Source: Candidatus Hydrogenedentota bacterium (GTDB lineage: Bacteria > Hydrogenedentota > Hydrogenedentia > Hydrogenedentales > SLHB01). Taken from it: a stretch of 64,000 bases of DNA. Below, in pieces: positions 31,324 to 42,012 of this stretch. The stretch is from the NCBI GenBank assembly GCA_963668025.2, contig CAXXTH010000010.1, positions 1,360,456 to 1,424,455 of the forward strand, given 5' to 3'. How positions within the stretch are numbered: the stretch's first letter is position 1; each line of letters opens with the position of its first letter. The notes beneath the pieces were generated by a model, which saw only the letters and a list, made by a program, of their open reading frames with translations, ran no database searches and was not told the origin of the DNA. A program made the position numbers and the translations under genes.

Positions 31324-32457
31324 TCATACCAGTTTCTTCTTAAATTTCCGGATGGCTATGAGCAGCATGAGCGGCGCAAAAACCGCCAAAATGGCTACTT
31401 CAGCACCCATGACCTCGAGTCCAACTCCTTTGAGGTAAATACCTTTGAGCAGCGTCACGAAGTAGCGGGCGGGCACGATGTATGTCACCAGTTGGAGCGC
31501 TAACGGCATATTGCTGATGGCGAATGCGAAGCCGGATAATAAAAATGCGGGTAAAAACGTGGAAAGCAGCGCGATTTGCCCCGCTAGCAGTTGGTTCTTC
31601 GCCACGATGCTGATCGTAAGCCCTTGTGCAAGCGCGCCCAATAAAAATAAGCCCGCCGTAGCGAACAGCAGCACAAGGCTGCCCCTCAATGGCACGTGAA
31701 ACAAATATTGGCCCATAACGACAGCGATGATGAGGTCGGCGAATCCGATGGCGATATACGGCAGCAGTTTGCCCACGACCAATTCCACGGGCCGTACGGG
31801 CGTCGAGATAAGCTGCTCCATGGTGCCGCGCTCCCATTCGCGCGCGATGGTCAGCGCCGTGAGCAACGAGGCAATGACGCTCAAGATCACCGCGATGAGG
31901 CCTGGAATAATGAAGTTCTTGGATTCGAGCTCGGGATTAAACCACACACGCGCGCGCACATCGAGCGGAAAGCGTGGGGGGCGGCCTCCCGCGCGCTCGA
32001 TTCGGTCCACCAAGATGCCGTTGCTGTAGATATTCGTGATGGCCTGCGCGTATCCCAGTGCGATGGTGGCCGTGTTCGAGTCGCTGCCGTCCACGATGAA
32101 TTGCACCTTCACTTGCCGCCCTGCATTCAGGTCGTCGGCGAAGGTGCGTGGGAGTGTCAGCGCCGTCAGCGCTTTGCCAGAATCCAGCATATACGTGAGT
32201 TCTTTATAGGAGGATACGGGATCCGTGAGCTGGAAATAGCGCGAGCCGGAGAACTGGGCGACGAATTGGCGGCTGTCCGCCGTGCCGCTTTGATCCCACA
32301 CCGCCAGCGGCACCTGATCCACATCCAATGTCAGTGCGTAACCGAACAAAACCAGGAGTAACACGGGAATAGCCAGCGCCATGATGAGGCTGCGCGGGTC
32401 GCGGTAGACATGCAGGAACTCTTTGCGGGCAATAGCCCATACGCGCCCGAGTTTCAT
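31324..32457 (-). CDS. ABC-2 type exporter permease (YbhS-like)
   Basis: KEFLHVYRDPRS, AREWERGTMEQL. Confidence 0.93.
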   Translation of the reverse strand: MKLGRVWAIARKEFLHVYRDPRSLIMALAIPVLLLVLFGYALTLDVDQVPLAVWDQSGTADSRQFVAQFSGSRYFQLTDPVSSYKELTYMLDSGKALTALTLPRTFADDLNAGRQVKVQFIVDGSDSNTATIALGYAQAITNIYSNGILVDRIERAGGRPPRFPLDVRARVWFNPELESKNFIIPGLIAVILSVIASLLTALTIAREWERGTMEQLISTPVRPVELVVGKLLPYIAIGFADLIIAVVMGQYLFHVPLRGSLVLLFATAGLFLLGALAQGLTISIVAKNQLLAGQIALLSTFLPAFLLSGFAFAISNMPLALQLVTYIVPARYFVTLLKGIYLKGVGLEVMGAEVAILAVFAPLMLLIAIRKFKKKLV

Positions 32458-33440
32458 GTCCGCATCTCCCTGGCTGGGCCGGAATCGCGGTCGTGCTCTT
32501 CAATGAGCGACACGAATACATCCTCCAGTGAAGGCGGTATGCGCTCGATATGGACATTCCCATGGCCCGCACTGGCCAGTATGCGCCGGATGGCTTCCGC
32601 CGCTTGTTCCCCATCCTCAGCCACCACATGCAAGCCTTTTCCGAAGAGCGCCGCTTGCCGCACGCCTTGCGCGCCCTCGATTAGTTCCATGGCGTCTTGC
32701 GCGCGTTCACAGGATATTTCCAGGACGGTCTCGCGCATGTATTCCGCCTTCAGCCGGGCAGGCGGGCCGGAGGCGATAATCTCGCCTCTATAGATCAGCA
32801 CCAACTCATCGCAATATTCCGCTTCATCCATATAGTGGGTCGTGACGAACACCGTGACGCCTTCGTCGGCAAGCTCATATATCAGCTCCCAAAACCGCCT
32901 TCGGCTGATGGGGTCCACGCCCGATGTCGGCTCATCCAGGAGCAGGATGGGCGGGCGGTGAATGACGGCGCAGCCCAAGGCAAGGCGCTGCTTCCAGCCG
33001 CCCGGCAGCGTGCCCACTTTGGCGTTCTGATGTTCAACGAGTCCCGCCATATTGAGCACCCATTTCTTGCGTGCTGCTTTTTCGGCAGGGGCCACCCGGT
33101 GAATGCCGCTGTAGAAATCAATGTTTTCGTTGACGGTCAATTCTTCATATAAGGAAAATTTCTGCGTCATATAGCCGATATGGGCTTTGATTCGTTCCGG
33201 CTGGGTGCGCACATCGAAGCCCGCCACGGTTCCTTCGCCTCCACTCGGCTCCAGGATGCCGCACAACATGCGGATGGTCGTCGATTTGCCTGCGCCATTA
33301 GGCCCTAGAAAGCCGAAAATGCGCCCGCGCGCGACATCGAAGCTGATGCCTTTGACCGCCACGAATGCGCCAAAGCGTTTTTCAAGCCCGCGCACGCTCA
33401 CGGCCGGGCCATTAGCCGCCATTTGGCTCCGCGTCTCCAT
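32454..33440 (-). CDS. ABC transporter ATP-binding protein
   Basis: GPNGAGKST, LPGGWKQRL, LLDEPT, TTH. Confidence 0.95.
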   Translation of the reverse strand: METRSQMAANGPAVSVRGLEKRFGAFVAVKGISFDVARGRIFGFLGPNGAGKSTTIRMLCGILEPSGGEGTVAGFDVRTQPERIKAHIGYMTQKFSLYEELTVNENIDFYSGIHRVAPAEKAARKKWVLNMAGLVEHQNAKVGTLPGGWKQRLALGCAVIHRPPILLLDEPTSGVDPISRRRFWELIYELADEGVTVFVTTHYMDEAEYCDELVLIYRGEIIASGPPARLKAEYMRETVLEISCERAQDAMELIEGAQGVRQAALFGKGLHVVAEDGEQAAEAIRRILASAGHGNVHIERIPPSLEDVFVSLIEEHDRDSGPAREMRT

Positions 33441-34369
33441 CAAGGCGCTCCCTCCTGATCGGCAAGCATGGACACAAACACGTCCTCGAGGCTCGGTTCA
33501 ACAGGCCGCACTTGCCCAATATTACCCTCGCCGCAGGAGGCGCAGACACGGCGCGCCCGCGCTTCATCCAGGGTGAGCAGGTGGATGCGTTCGCCGAACA
33601 GGCCCACCGAATCACCCGGCAGCGCCTTGCGCAAGGCCCGTGCGGCTTGGCGAGGCTGGGCGCATCGCACTTCAAGCAGCACGCCATGCAGATTCGCCTT
33701 CACTTCATCCGGCGTGCCGCACGCCATGAGCTTCCCCTTGTGCATCAATCCGATTCGATTGCAGCGCTCGGCTTCGTCCAGGTAAGCCGTAGACACGAAG
33801 ATCGTCACCTTTTCCCGCAGCAGTCCATAAAGAATGCGCCACAAATCCCGGCGCGACACAGGATCGACGCCATTGGTGGGCTCATCGAGAAACAGGACCT
33901 TGGGTGTATGGATCAGGGCGCAGGCAAGGGCGAGCTTTTGCTTCATGCCGCCGGAAAGGTTTCCCGCAAGCCGTTTCTGGAATGGTTCCAAATTGCTGAA
34001 TTGGAGCAAGCGCGCGATGCGTTCCGCCCGAAGTTTTCGTGAAACGCTATAAATGTCCGCGTAAAAATGGATATTTTCCATCACCGTCAGATCGGGATAC
34101 AGCGCGAACCGCTGGCTCATGTAGGCGATCTCGTCCTTGAGCGCCTCGGATTCTTTCACGACATCGCGCCCCGCCACGATAGCTTCGCCGGAGGTGGGGT
34201 CCATGACTCCCGCGAGAAGGCGCATTGTGGTGGTTTTTCCCGCACCGTCCGGGCCGACAAATCCAAAGAGTTCGCCTTCGGCCACGTCTAGCGAGAGGGC
34301 ATCCACGGCGGCCACGCCGCCAAAAACTTTCGTAAGCTCACGGGTGTGGATGGCGCTCATGCCGGTCAC
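33440..34369 (-). CDS. ABC transporter ATP-binding protein
   Basis: GPDGAGKTT, LSGGMKQKL, FLDEPT. Confidence 0.95.
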   Translation of the reverse strand: MTGMSAIHTRELTKVFGGVAAVDALSLDVAEGELFGFVGPDGAGKTTTMRLLAGVMDPTSGEAIVAGRDVVKESEALKDEIAYMSQRFALYPDLTVMENIHFYADIYSVSRKLRAERIARLLQFSNLEPFQKRLAGNLSGGMKQKLALACALIHTPKVLFLDEPTNGVDPVSRRDLWRILYGLLREKVTIFVSTAYLDEAERCNRIGLMHKGKLMACGTPDEVKANLHGVLLEVRCAQPRQAARALRKALPGDSVGLFGERIHLLTLDEARARRVCASCGEGNIGQVRPVEPSLEDVFVSMLADQEGAP

Positions 34370-35517
34370 CCCAGCTTGATCCGGGCGTCAGCAGGCATGC
34401 CAGGTTTCAGTTCCATTTTGGGATTATCAATGTCAATCTTGACGCGGTAGACCAGTTTCACGCGTTCTTTTTCGGTCTGGACGCTCTTGGGCGTGAACTC
34501 AGCTTCTTGGGAAATGAACGAAATTTTGCCATGATAGATTTTGCCCGGAAATGTGTCCGTGGAGACATCCACGTCCTGCTCTAACTTTACATGGCCTAGG
34601 TCGGTCTCATCCACGTAGGCGCGCAGCCACACCGTTTTCAAATGGCCCACGGTCACGACCGGCGTGCCGGGTGAAACATATTCGCCTGGCTCGATGTTTT
34701 TCGACAGCACCACGCCCGCGATAGGCGACGCCAGGGTGGCGTCCTCCAATTGCAGCTTGGCCAGTTCGGCGGCGGACCGGGCTTGCTGTACGCGGGCTTT
34801 TGCAGCTTCGATAGCTTCCTTGCGCGGCCCTTCCTTCACCAGCGCCGCTTGCTCCCCGGCTTGCCGCAATGCGGCGCGCGCCTGGGCGATGTCTTCCTGG
34901 CGTGGGCCTTCTTTCACTAGTTTGAACTTTTCATTGACCGCCGCCAAGCGTTCGTTGGCTGCCTTATGCGCCGCCGTGATTGCATCGTACTGTTGCGTGC
35001 TGATGACGCCCTGGCCGAAAAGACGCTGATAACGCTCGTAATCCTTGTCCAGGCGAACTACATCCGCCTGCGCCACTTGCACTTCCGCTTGAGCCGCCGC
35101 AATCTCTTGGGGCCGGGAGCCGTGTTCGAGGGCTTGCAGCCGCGCGCTGGCCTGTTCGACAGCGGCCTCGGCTTGGTGTATTTCCTGTGGCCGCGCACCC
35201 GCCTCGAGGTCACGCAAGTTCGCCTCCGCCGCTTGGGCGTCTGCTTCGCGCGCCGCCAGGCTCTGCTCCAGCTCCCGCGTATCAAGGCGGGCCACCAGTT
35301 GCTTCGCCTCCACGGCCTGCCCTTCGTCCACGGGACGTTCGGCCACATGGCCGGGAACGCGAAAACTGAGTTCCGTCTGGAGCACTTCGATGTTGCCCGA
35401 GACCGTGAGCGCGTCCTTGTTCACCAAGCCTGCGGCGCGCCAGCGAGGGTAAAAAACAGCCACCACCGCCGCCAGCCCTATAACGGATACGATGAGGATC
35501 ACCTTGGCTTTGCTCAT
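34366..35517 (-). CDS. HlyD/YbhG-like periplasmic adaptor subunit
   Basis: N-terminal TM, SGNIE, long coiled coil, EAEFTPKSVQT, LKPGMPAD; AAGGAG RBS before MSKAK. Confidence 0.93.
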   Translation of the reverse strand: MSKAKVILIVSVIGLAAVVAVFYPRWRAAGLVNKDALTVSGNIEVLQTELSFRVPGHVAERPVDEGQAVEAKQLVARLDTRELEQSLAAREADAQAAEANLRDLEAGARPQEIHQAEAAVEQASARLQALEHGSRPQEIAAAQAEVQVAQADVVRLDKDYERYQRLFGQGVISTQQYDAITAAHKAANERLAAVNEKFKLVKEGPRQEDIAQARAALRQAGEQAALVKEGPRKEAIEAAKARVQQARSAAELAKLQLEDATLASPIAGVVLSKNIEPGEYVSPGTPVVTVGHLKTVWLRAYVDETDLGHVKLEQDVDVSTDTFPGKIYHGKISFISQEAEFTPKSVQTEKERVKLVYRVKIDIDNPKMELKPGMPADARIKLG

Positions 35518-35552
35518 GCCACCCGCTCCTTCGTTTGTGAATGACCAATCAC

Positions 35553-36173
35553 TTAAATACCGTTTTGTGCACCTGGCTTCGCTGAGACGCCCTCGCGAAA
35601 CATGCGCCATGCGCGATCCACATGGCGCGCCACATCGAAGCCGCCGTCACTGGCGAAAAACATCAGGGCCGTCGATTGAAACAGCCCCAAAAACATGACA
35701 GCCATGGTCTGCGCATCCATGTCGTTCCGAACGCTTCCCGAGGCCTGGCCCGCGCGCAGTTCCGATGACACAAAATCGAGGTAATCCGCGAACACGGCAT
35801 ACACCATGGCCTTGCGCGCGGGGCTGCCGATAATCACTTCATCCGAGAACAACACGCGGGGAATGGCCTGAAATTCGTGGATAAGCTGAAGATGGCGGCG
35901 TAGCAATTCTTGAAGCCTATCCAGCGGAAGGGACTCTAGAGCGCCCACGTCGGCTAGCAAATAGCGGAGCCGGTCGTGTAGCAATTCGATCACGGACTCG
36001 AGCACTTGGCCTTTGTTCTTGAAATGCCGGTAGATGGCCGATGGAACCAGGCCCACGCGTAATGCGATGCGCTCCATGCTGAGGCCGCGCAGCCCATGGG
36101 CGCGAATGACTTCAAGAGCCGCGCTTGCGATCTCGCCGCGCCGCACTTCGGTATGGGTCCGCTTGTTGCTCAT
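35553..36173 (-). CDS. TetR/AcrR-family regulator
   Basis: HTH IALRVGLVPSAIYRHFKNK; first gene of the exporter operon. Confidence 0.92.
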   Translation of the reverse strand: MSNKRTHTEVRRGEIASAALEVIRAHGLRGLSMERIALRVGLVPSAIYRHFKNKGQVLESVIELLHDRLRYLLADVGALESLPLDRLQELLRRHLQLIHEFQAIPRVLFSDEVIIGSPARKAMVYAVFADYLDFVSSELRAGQASGSVRNDMDAQTMAVMFLGLFQSTALMFFASDGGFDVARHVDRAWRMFREGVSAKPGAQNGI

Positions 36174-36240
36174 ATCGCCTCGAATGTGAATTTATATTCA
36201 CATTATGCCCCGAGGTGCGCCTTACTGTCAAGCCCTGCCG

Positions 36241-37059
36241 CTATCGCGTCATCATGGCGCGCACCAACGGCATGAACAGGCAGTCCGGCAACAGTTTGCG
36301 GAAGAAAAGAAGCGGAGCAGCATAACCGCCTGCAGGATAGCGCAGGCGCCAGGAGCCATCGGTGGCGGCGTGGTAAATCACTTGTGCAGTGCGCTCCGGC
36401 GGCGCTCCCATTTGCTCCACGGATGCCTGCATGCCCTTCATGACGCGTTCCGTGAAGGCGTCATACGCGGCGACGCCGGAGGGTTCCGGCGCGTCCATCG
36501 AGCGGGTGTAGAAGTCCGTCTTGATAGGCCCGGGCTCGATGACTTTGACGCGGATATTGAGGGGCCGCAGTTCGTACGACAAGGCTTCCGAAAATCCTTC
36601 AACGGCCCACTTGGTGGAATTGTAAAAACTCCCGAGCGGCATGCCCATGCGGCCGGCTATGGACGCCACGTTGATGATCACGCCATGGTCTTGCCGCCGG
36701 AAATGGGGGAGTACGGCACGTGTCATATCCATGAGGCCGAACACATTGGTTTCAAACTGGCGCTTGATCTGCTCGCGCGAGGCAGGTTCGAGGAGGCCCA
36801 TCAAGGCGTATCCCGCGTTATTCACCAACACATCCACCGACCCGAAGGCGTCTAGAGCCGCTTGGACCCCGGAGCCGATGCTGTCCAAGTCCGTCACATC
36901 GAGGGGTATCAGACGGATATTGTTTATTGCAAGTTCATCCGAAGCTTTTTCTGGTGTGCGCATAGTGGCCGCCACATTCCAGCCATGTTGCGCGAATAAT
37001 AACGCCGCTGAACGGCCAATGCCCGTAGAAGCGCCCGTAATCAATACTGTTTTCGCCAT
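36241..37059 (-). CDS. SDR family oxidoreductase
   Basis: TGASTGIG, NNAG, YNSTK; AAGGAG RBS before MAKTV. Confidence 0.92.
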   Translation of the reverse strand: MAKTVLITGASTGIGRSAALLFAQHGWNVAATMRTPEKASDELAINNIRLIPLDVTDLDSIGSGVQAALDAFGSVDVLVNNAGYALMGLLEPASREQIKRQFETNVFGLMDMTRAVLPHFRRQDHGVIINVASIAGRMGMPLGSFYNSTKWAVEGFSEALSYELRPLNIRVKVIEPGPIKTDFYTRSMDAPEPSGVAAYDAFTERVMKGMQASVEQMGAPPERTAQVIYHAATDGSWRLRYPAGGYAAPLLFFRKLLPDCLFMPLVRAMMTR

Positions 37060-37176
37060 CGAGAATACTCCTTTCGCTATCAGAACAGGGCCAAGCAGTT
37101 TGCCTGCCTCTTGCCGAAACATGATCCATTTTAAGGTCTGGCGCGTCATACTATATGACAGGATGAAGGAGGAACA

Positions 37177-37767
37177 ATGGTCCAGCAAGAGTTGCATGTC
37201 TCCAGAATGGAGAACCTGTGGCATATGCAGGCAGAACCGGCGCATTTTTCGTGGCCCAGCAATGACAGTGAGTTCCGGACGCTGTTGGAAGCCATGAGCA
37301 GCCGACTTGTATGGCATGCCTTTCGCAGGCTTCGCTCACACAGCGATGCGGAAGATGTGGTTCAAGATGTGTTTTTGCGGGTCTACTCCTCTCTGGGCAA
37401 AGCCCCGGCTGTAAAAAGCATGCAAGCGTATTTGTATCGTATGACAACGAACGCTTGCATTGACTTCCTGCGGAAGCGCGACCGGCGGGGCGTTCCTATG
37501 CAACTACATTTGGCGCACGAGGTCACTGATGATCGGCCCACGCCACGAGAGATCATGCTCGCGCTTGAAGAGACCGAGCGTCTCGAAGGCTGGCTCCGCC
37601 GGATTCCCCGCCGCCAAGCTGAGATCATTCGTCTTCACCTGTACGATGAACTGTGTTTTTCCGATGCGGCGGATGTTGTGGGGTGTTCGGCCGGCACCGC
37701 CAAGTCGCGATTCCGCAACGGGATGCACAAACTCAAGCGCCTGATGGACAAGGAGAGCCCCTCATGA
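37177..37767 (+). CDS. ECF RNA polymerase sigma factor
   Basis: DAEDVVQDVF, NACIDFLRKR, region 4 GTAKSR; AGGAGG RBS. Confidence 0.92.
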   Translation: MVQQELHVSRMENLWHMQAEPAHFSWPSNDSEFRTLLEAMSSRLVWHAFRRLRSHSDAEDVVQDVFLRVYSSLGKAPAVKSMQAYLYRMTTNACIDFLRKRDRRGVPMQLHLAHEVTDDRPTPREIMLALEETERLEGWLRRIPRRQAEIIRLHLYDELCFSDAADVVGCSAGTAKSRFRNGMHKLKRLMDKESPS

Positions 37768-39116
37768 AATGCAAAATCGTCCGCGAGGCCATTCTAAGGT
37801 CTTTTGACGCGGAAGAACCAGGGAGCCTCCACGAAACAATACGGCAGCACGTGGAGACATGCCTGGCTTGCCGAACGGAATGGAAAATTCTAAATGAAAC
37901 CCGGGAAGCACTCGAGCCGCATCATCGGCTGGGCGCGTCGCCTGGATTCAAGGAGCGTGTTATGAAAGCAACGCAACAATTGAACATACGGGAAATGTCG
38001 GCGGCTTCGAAGGCCCGGCCTGTAGGTAGAATGATGTTGGCGGCCGCGATGGCGGTGCTGCTCATTCTGGGCGGTTCGTTCTTAGCCTGGCATGCGACAA
38101 AAGGAAACGATCAGTCCGCCATGACATTCAAGCTGTTGCAGCAAGCTTCCGCCGCCATGAAGGGGCTCTCGACCATGCACATCGAAGCCCTGATGCGGAC
38201 ATCGCCCACGGACAACTTTGAACGCGTGGAACTCAATCATGACCCTATTCGACTCGATATCTGGAAAGAATTCAGCGATCCGCCGAAATGGCGTTTCGAG
38301 AAAGCAGGCCGTACCGTGGTAATGGATGGCGCTAAGCAAACGCTGCTTATCAACACGGCTGATGCAAAATATGTTTCGGTTGGGGAGGAAACGACGGGAT
38401 ATGTGGAATGGCTGATGCGGCTGCTTGAGCCTGAAGAGCTTTTGAATCTGGAACTCGAACTCGCACAAAACCAGCCGGGCGCCAAAGCCAGCATGGTGGA
38501 ATTGCCCAATGCGAACGGTAAAAAGGAGCTTGTTGTTACTATCGAAGCCAAAGCCGAAGGACAATTTCCAAACGATTGGCTTAAAAATAGCTCGATCCAG
38601 GAATCGGACAACCGGCGCGTCTATCGTTTCGACGCGGAGACCTCGCGGCTGTTGGGGCTCGAAGTCTGGGTGCTCACTCCCCAAGGCCCCATATCCGTCC
38701 TCAAGACGGAGAGCATCACCTTCAACGAGCCTATTGCTCCCGAGCGGTTTGTGGCGGAGATCCCGGCGGATGCCATTCGATTCAAAGAGGTGCAAATCCT
38801 TCAGAACAACGAGGCTTACGCCGCCATGGGGCCTGCCGAAATGGTGCGCGCATTTATACAGTCGTGCAGCGCAGGTGGCTGGAATGAGGCGTTGAAATAC
38901 ACCATGCAAGACGCGTTCACCCAGGAGTTCATGGAGCACGTGCAAGGAATGGAGCTATTGGAGGTCGGAGAGCCTTTTCAGGCCGGAGTGTATGGGGGCT
39001 GGTTCGTGCCCTATCGAGCCCGCTATCGCGATGGACATGAAAAACAAGGCCGGCTTGCCGTGCGAAACGATAATGCCGCAAAACGTTATGTTTGGGATGG
39101 CGGAGACTTGTATTAA
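37764..39116 (+). CDS. Zinc-binding (ZAS) transmembrane anti-sigma factor with large extracytoplasmic domain
   Basis: ATGA overlap with the sigma gene; HVETCLAC (HxxxCxxC); single TM; LolA-like beta-rich segment. Confidence 0.8.
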   Translation: MKCKIVREAILRSFDAEEPGSLHETIRQHVETCLACRTEWKILNETREALEPHHRLGASPGFKERVMKATQQLNIREMSAASKARPVGRMMLAAAMAVLLILGGSFLAWHATKGNDQSAMTFKLLQQASAAMKGLSTMHIEALMRTSPTDNFERVELNHDPIRLDIWKEFSDPPKWRFEKAGRTVVMDGAKQTLLINTADAKYVSVGEETTGYVEWLMRLLEPEELLNLELELAQNQPGAKASMVELPNANGKKELVVTIEAKAEGQFPNDWLKNSSIQESDNRRVYRFDAETSRLLGLEVWVLTPQGPISVLKTESITFNEPIAPERFVAEIPADAIRFKEVQILQNNEAYAAMGPAEMVRAFIQSCSAGGWNEALKYTMQDAFTQEFMEHVQGMELLEVGEPFQAGVYGGWFVPYRARYRDGHEKQGRLAVRNDNAAKRYVWDGGDLY

Positions 39117-39365
39117 TCTGAACACAGTTTGGCAAGCGGCATGATGTATGGAGCTTGCACACCTACAAACCTATACGCACCTACCGCGATGCAGACATGG
39201 TGCATGATGTCTGCATTGCGGTTTTGTTTGCCCGGTTATTTGGCTTGGACCCAAACTGCTCGCCGCAAAGAACGGTCTTGATACGTTTTTCTCAGCCAAT
39301 TCGGATTTCTACTTCCGCGATGATATACTTGCGCTTCAAATATCAGCGGATGGGAATACACGCGC

Positions 39366-40811
39366 ATGAAGCTTTTTCTCTCGAATACGGTGTCGCTCGA
39401 ACGGTTCAATTGCATTCCCGATCTCGGAGTGGGCTATCTATTATCCATTGCTCGAAACGCCGGGCATGAAGTCCGTTTTCTCGATTGTCTGCGTGAGCAT
39501 ATCACGTATGACCAGTTCGCCGAAGCGGTGCGTGCGTTTCAGCCGCGTGTGGCGGGTGTAAAAGTGTATTCCGGCGATTTAGGCCCCGCACGTGAAATGC
39601 TTGCGCGCATCAAGGCCTTGTCGCCCGATATCTTAACGGTCATCGGCGGGCCGCATCCCAGCACGGAGCTTCCTGAACTCCTTTTCGAGCAGTTTCCTGA
39701 ACTCGATTTCGCTTTCGCGGGGGAGGCTGAACCTGGATTTTCCCGTTTTCTTGAGAAAATCGAGTCCGGCGCCACGGATTTCTCTGATGTGCAAGGCCTT
39801 GTGTGGAAAGACGCTTCAGGCGGCGTGCATGCCAATGAGAAGGCCTTCGTGGCCGAGCTTGACGCGCTTCCTTTCCCCGCATGGGATCTGATGGACCCGC
39901 GTGGTTATCCCTGGGGATACTCGTTCATGACGTATAAATACCCCGCCGCGCCCATGGTACTCACGCGGGGTTGTCCCTTCAATTGCACGTTTTGCGGCTC
40001 CCATCTCATCACGGGCCGCTCCGTGCGCAAGCGCGGCATCGACAACATTATCGAGGAAATCCGCATGCTCCAGCGCGAGTATGGCGTGAAATCCATTGAT
40101 ATCTGCGACGAGAATTTTGTGTATGACAATGCGTACGCCACGGAATTTTGCGAACGCATGATCCGTGAAAACCTGGGCGTCGAGTGGAACTGCCCCTATG
40201 GCGTTCGCCTCGACAAACTCAACGAGAACCTCGTGCGCCTCATGGAACGCGCCGGGTGCTATGGCTTCTCCGTGGGCGTCGAGAGCGGGTCCGACCGCAT
40301 TCTGCACGCCATCAAGAAGTGCTTGAGCGTCGAGGAAGTGCGCGAGCAGATGCGTATGATCAAGCGCGCCAGCCGCATCATGGTGCAGGGGTATTTTATC
40401 ATCGGATTCCCCACGGAGACGAAGGAGGAAATCGAGGCCACCATCGGCCTTGCCTGTTCGTTGCCTTTTGACATCGCCGCTTTCCACCCTTTGCGTGTCA
40501 CGCCTGGCACGGAGATCTATCAAAACCTCGTGGCGGCGGGATTTTTGCAGAAGCGCATGGACTATGGCGGCCTTGGGAATCATTATTTCGTGCGCAGTTA
40601 TTGCCCTGTGTCCGATGAGGAAATGCGCGCCCTCTACCGCAAGGCTTATCTGAGGTTTTATGGCCGTCCGAAGGTCATCTGGAACCTGCTGCGCCACACG
40701 CGCTCGAAGGCCCAATGGCGGACGATTCTTAATGGCGTGGGGCGGCTTCTTGCCAAACCGGTGGCGATGTTCGATCCGCGCAAGAAACGCTCGGCCAGCT
40801 CCGCCAACTAA
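39366..40811 (+). CDS. B12-binding radical SAM protein
   Basis: IGGPHPS, GEAE, RGCPFNCTFC, GVESGS, IIGFPTET. Confidence 0.92.
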   Translation: MKLFLSNTVSLERFNCIPDLGVGYLLSIARNAGHEVRFLDCLREHITYDQFAEAVRAFQPRVAGVKVYSGDLGPAREMLARIKALSPDILTVIGGPHPSTELPELLFEQFPELDFAFAGEAEPGFSRFLEKIESGATDFSDVQGLVWKDASGGVHANEKAFVAELDALPFPAWDLMDPRGYPWGYSFMTYKYPAAPMVLTRGCPFNCTFCGSHLITGRSVRKRGIDNIIEEIRMLQREYGVKSIDICDENFVYDNAYATEFCERMIRENLGVEWNCPYGVRLDKLNENLVRLMERAGCYGFSVGVESGSDRILHAIKKCLSVEEVREQMRMIKRASRIMVQGYFIIGFPTETKEEIEATIGLACSLPFDIAAFHPLRVTPGTEIYQNLVAAGFLQKRMDYGGLGNHYFVRSYCPVSDEEMRALYRKAYLRFYGRPKVIWNLLRHTRSKAQWRTILNGVGRLLAKPVAMFDPRKKRSASSAN

Positions 40812-40821
40812 GGCAAAACGC

Positions 40822-41868
40822 TTAATCGAGCGCGAAGCCCAGTTCTTGCGCCACCAATTCGCGGTGTTCTTGCACCCATGCCACGAGCGACCCGAGCCCT
40901 TCACGCACGCCGATGCGGGGTTCCCAGCCTAATTCCTGGTGGGCCTTCTTGATGGAGGACACATAGACCGGCTGATCGCCGGGACGCCACATATTATAAG
41001 TGACGGGAATAGACCGGCCCAGCGCCTCCTCGAGCATCGGACCAAATTCCGCCCAGATGGACAGCGTGGAATCCGGCCCGCCGCCTACGTTATACACTTG
41101 GCCTCGGGCGGTTTCGATGCGCTCCACTGCGATGCGATACAAGCGCACCAGGTCATCGACATGCAACACATCGCGCACCTGCTTGCCGTCGCCATAAATC
41201 GCAATGGGCCGCTCGAAGAGCGCCGCTATCGCGAACCATGCCAGCCAGCCTTGATCCTCGATGCCGAATTGGCGCGGGCCATATATGCAGGATTGGCGGA
41301 ACACCACCGTGGGCATGCCATAAATACGTGCGTAATCCCGCACATACTGATCGCCACAGCCCTTCGAGCAGCCATACGGTGAATGAAAATCCAGCGGCTG
41401 CCGTTCTGAAATGCCCTCAGGCAAGTCGCGGTACATCCAGCGGGTGGGGTTCTCGATGACGGCCACTTCTTCCATGCCGCCATATACTTTATTGGTGCTC
41501 GAATATAGAACAATCGGTGAAGGTTGTTGGGAGCGGCACGCCTCGAGCACATTCAGCGCGCCTAACGCATTGGCCTCGAAATCCTCGCGTGGAGCCAGAA
41601 CAGATTGCGTGACGGCCACCTGCCCCGCCAAATGAATCACTACATCAAATGGCCCATGATTCGCCCACAACCGAGCCAGATCTTCCGGTTTGCGGACATC
41701 GCCCTGTACGCAAACAGCATATCCCTGTTCTTCCAGCCAGTGCGCATTGGCGGCACTGCCTCTCCGGCTCATGTTGTCAAAACACACCACCTGGAATCCA
41801 TCCCGTGCGAATTCCGCACAAGAATGGCATCCGATAAAACCGGCCCCGCCGGTTACGCAGCATCGCAT
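40822..41868 (-). CDS. NDP-sugar epimerase, CDP-paratose 2-epimerase (RfbE)-like
   Basis: TGGAGFIG, QVAVT, STNKVYG, LDFHSPYGCSKG, EDQGW. Confidence 0.9.
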   Translation of the reverse strand: MRCCVTGGAGFIGCHSCAEFARDGFQVVCFDNMSRRGSAANAHWLEEQGYAVCVQGDVRKPEDLARLWANHGPFDVVIHLAGQVAVTQSVLAPREDFEANALGALNVLEACRSQQPSPIVLYSSTNKVYGGMEEVAVIENPTRWMYRDLPEGISERQPLDFHSPYGCSKGCGDQYVRDYARIYGMPTVVFRQSCIYGPRQFGIEDQGWLAWFAIAALFERPIAIYGDGKQVRDVLHVDDLVRLYRIAVERIETARGQVYNVGGGPDSTLSIWAEFGPMLEEALGRSIPVTYNMWRPGDQPVYVSSIKKAHQELGWEPRIGVREGLGSLVAWVQEHRELVAQELGFALD

Positions 41869-42012
41869 CAAATAGCACCTCGGCGAAATGTTTGATGACG
41901 CCGCCCCGGTTTGTTGGCGGCGTAAAAAACAACTTTCCATTTACTGCCGTCTAGCTCATGGCTAGACACCCATTTAATAATAAACATTGTTATATACGAA
42001 CCTGAACTAGGC

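Noticed and set aside
37060-37317. N-terminal extension of the SDR in the ORF track (likewise 37653-37763, 58731-58913, 12849-12941)
   Set aside because: These overlap neighbouring genes; better RBS-supported starts lie downstream
39366-40811. B12 radical SAM as the maturase for the 46-aa peptide
   Set aside because: It is 28 kb away, has no SPASM or RRE features and belongs to a very common family
39816-40904. 362-aa antisense ORF, and similar long antisense ORFs at 3720-4490, 15188-16054, 23572-24453 and 38082-38945
   Set aside because: Shadow ORFs opposite well-conserved genes in GC-rich DNA, with no motifs
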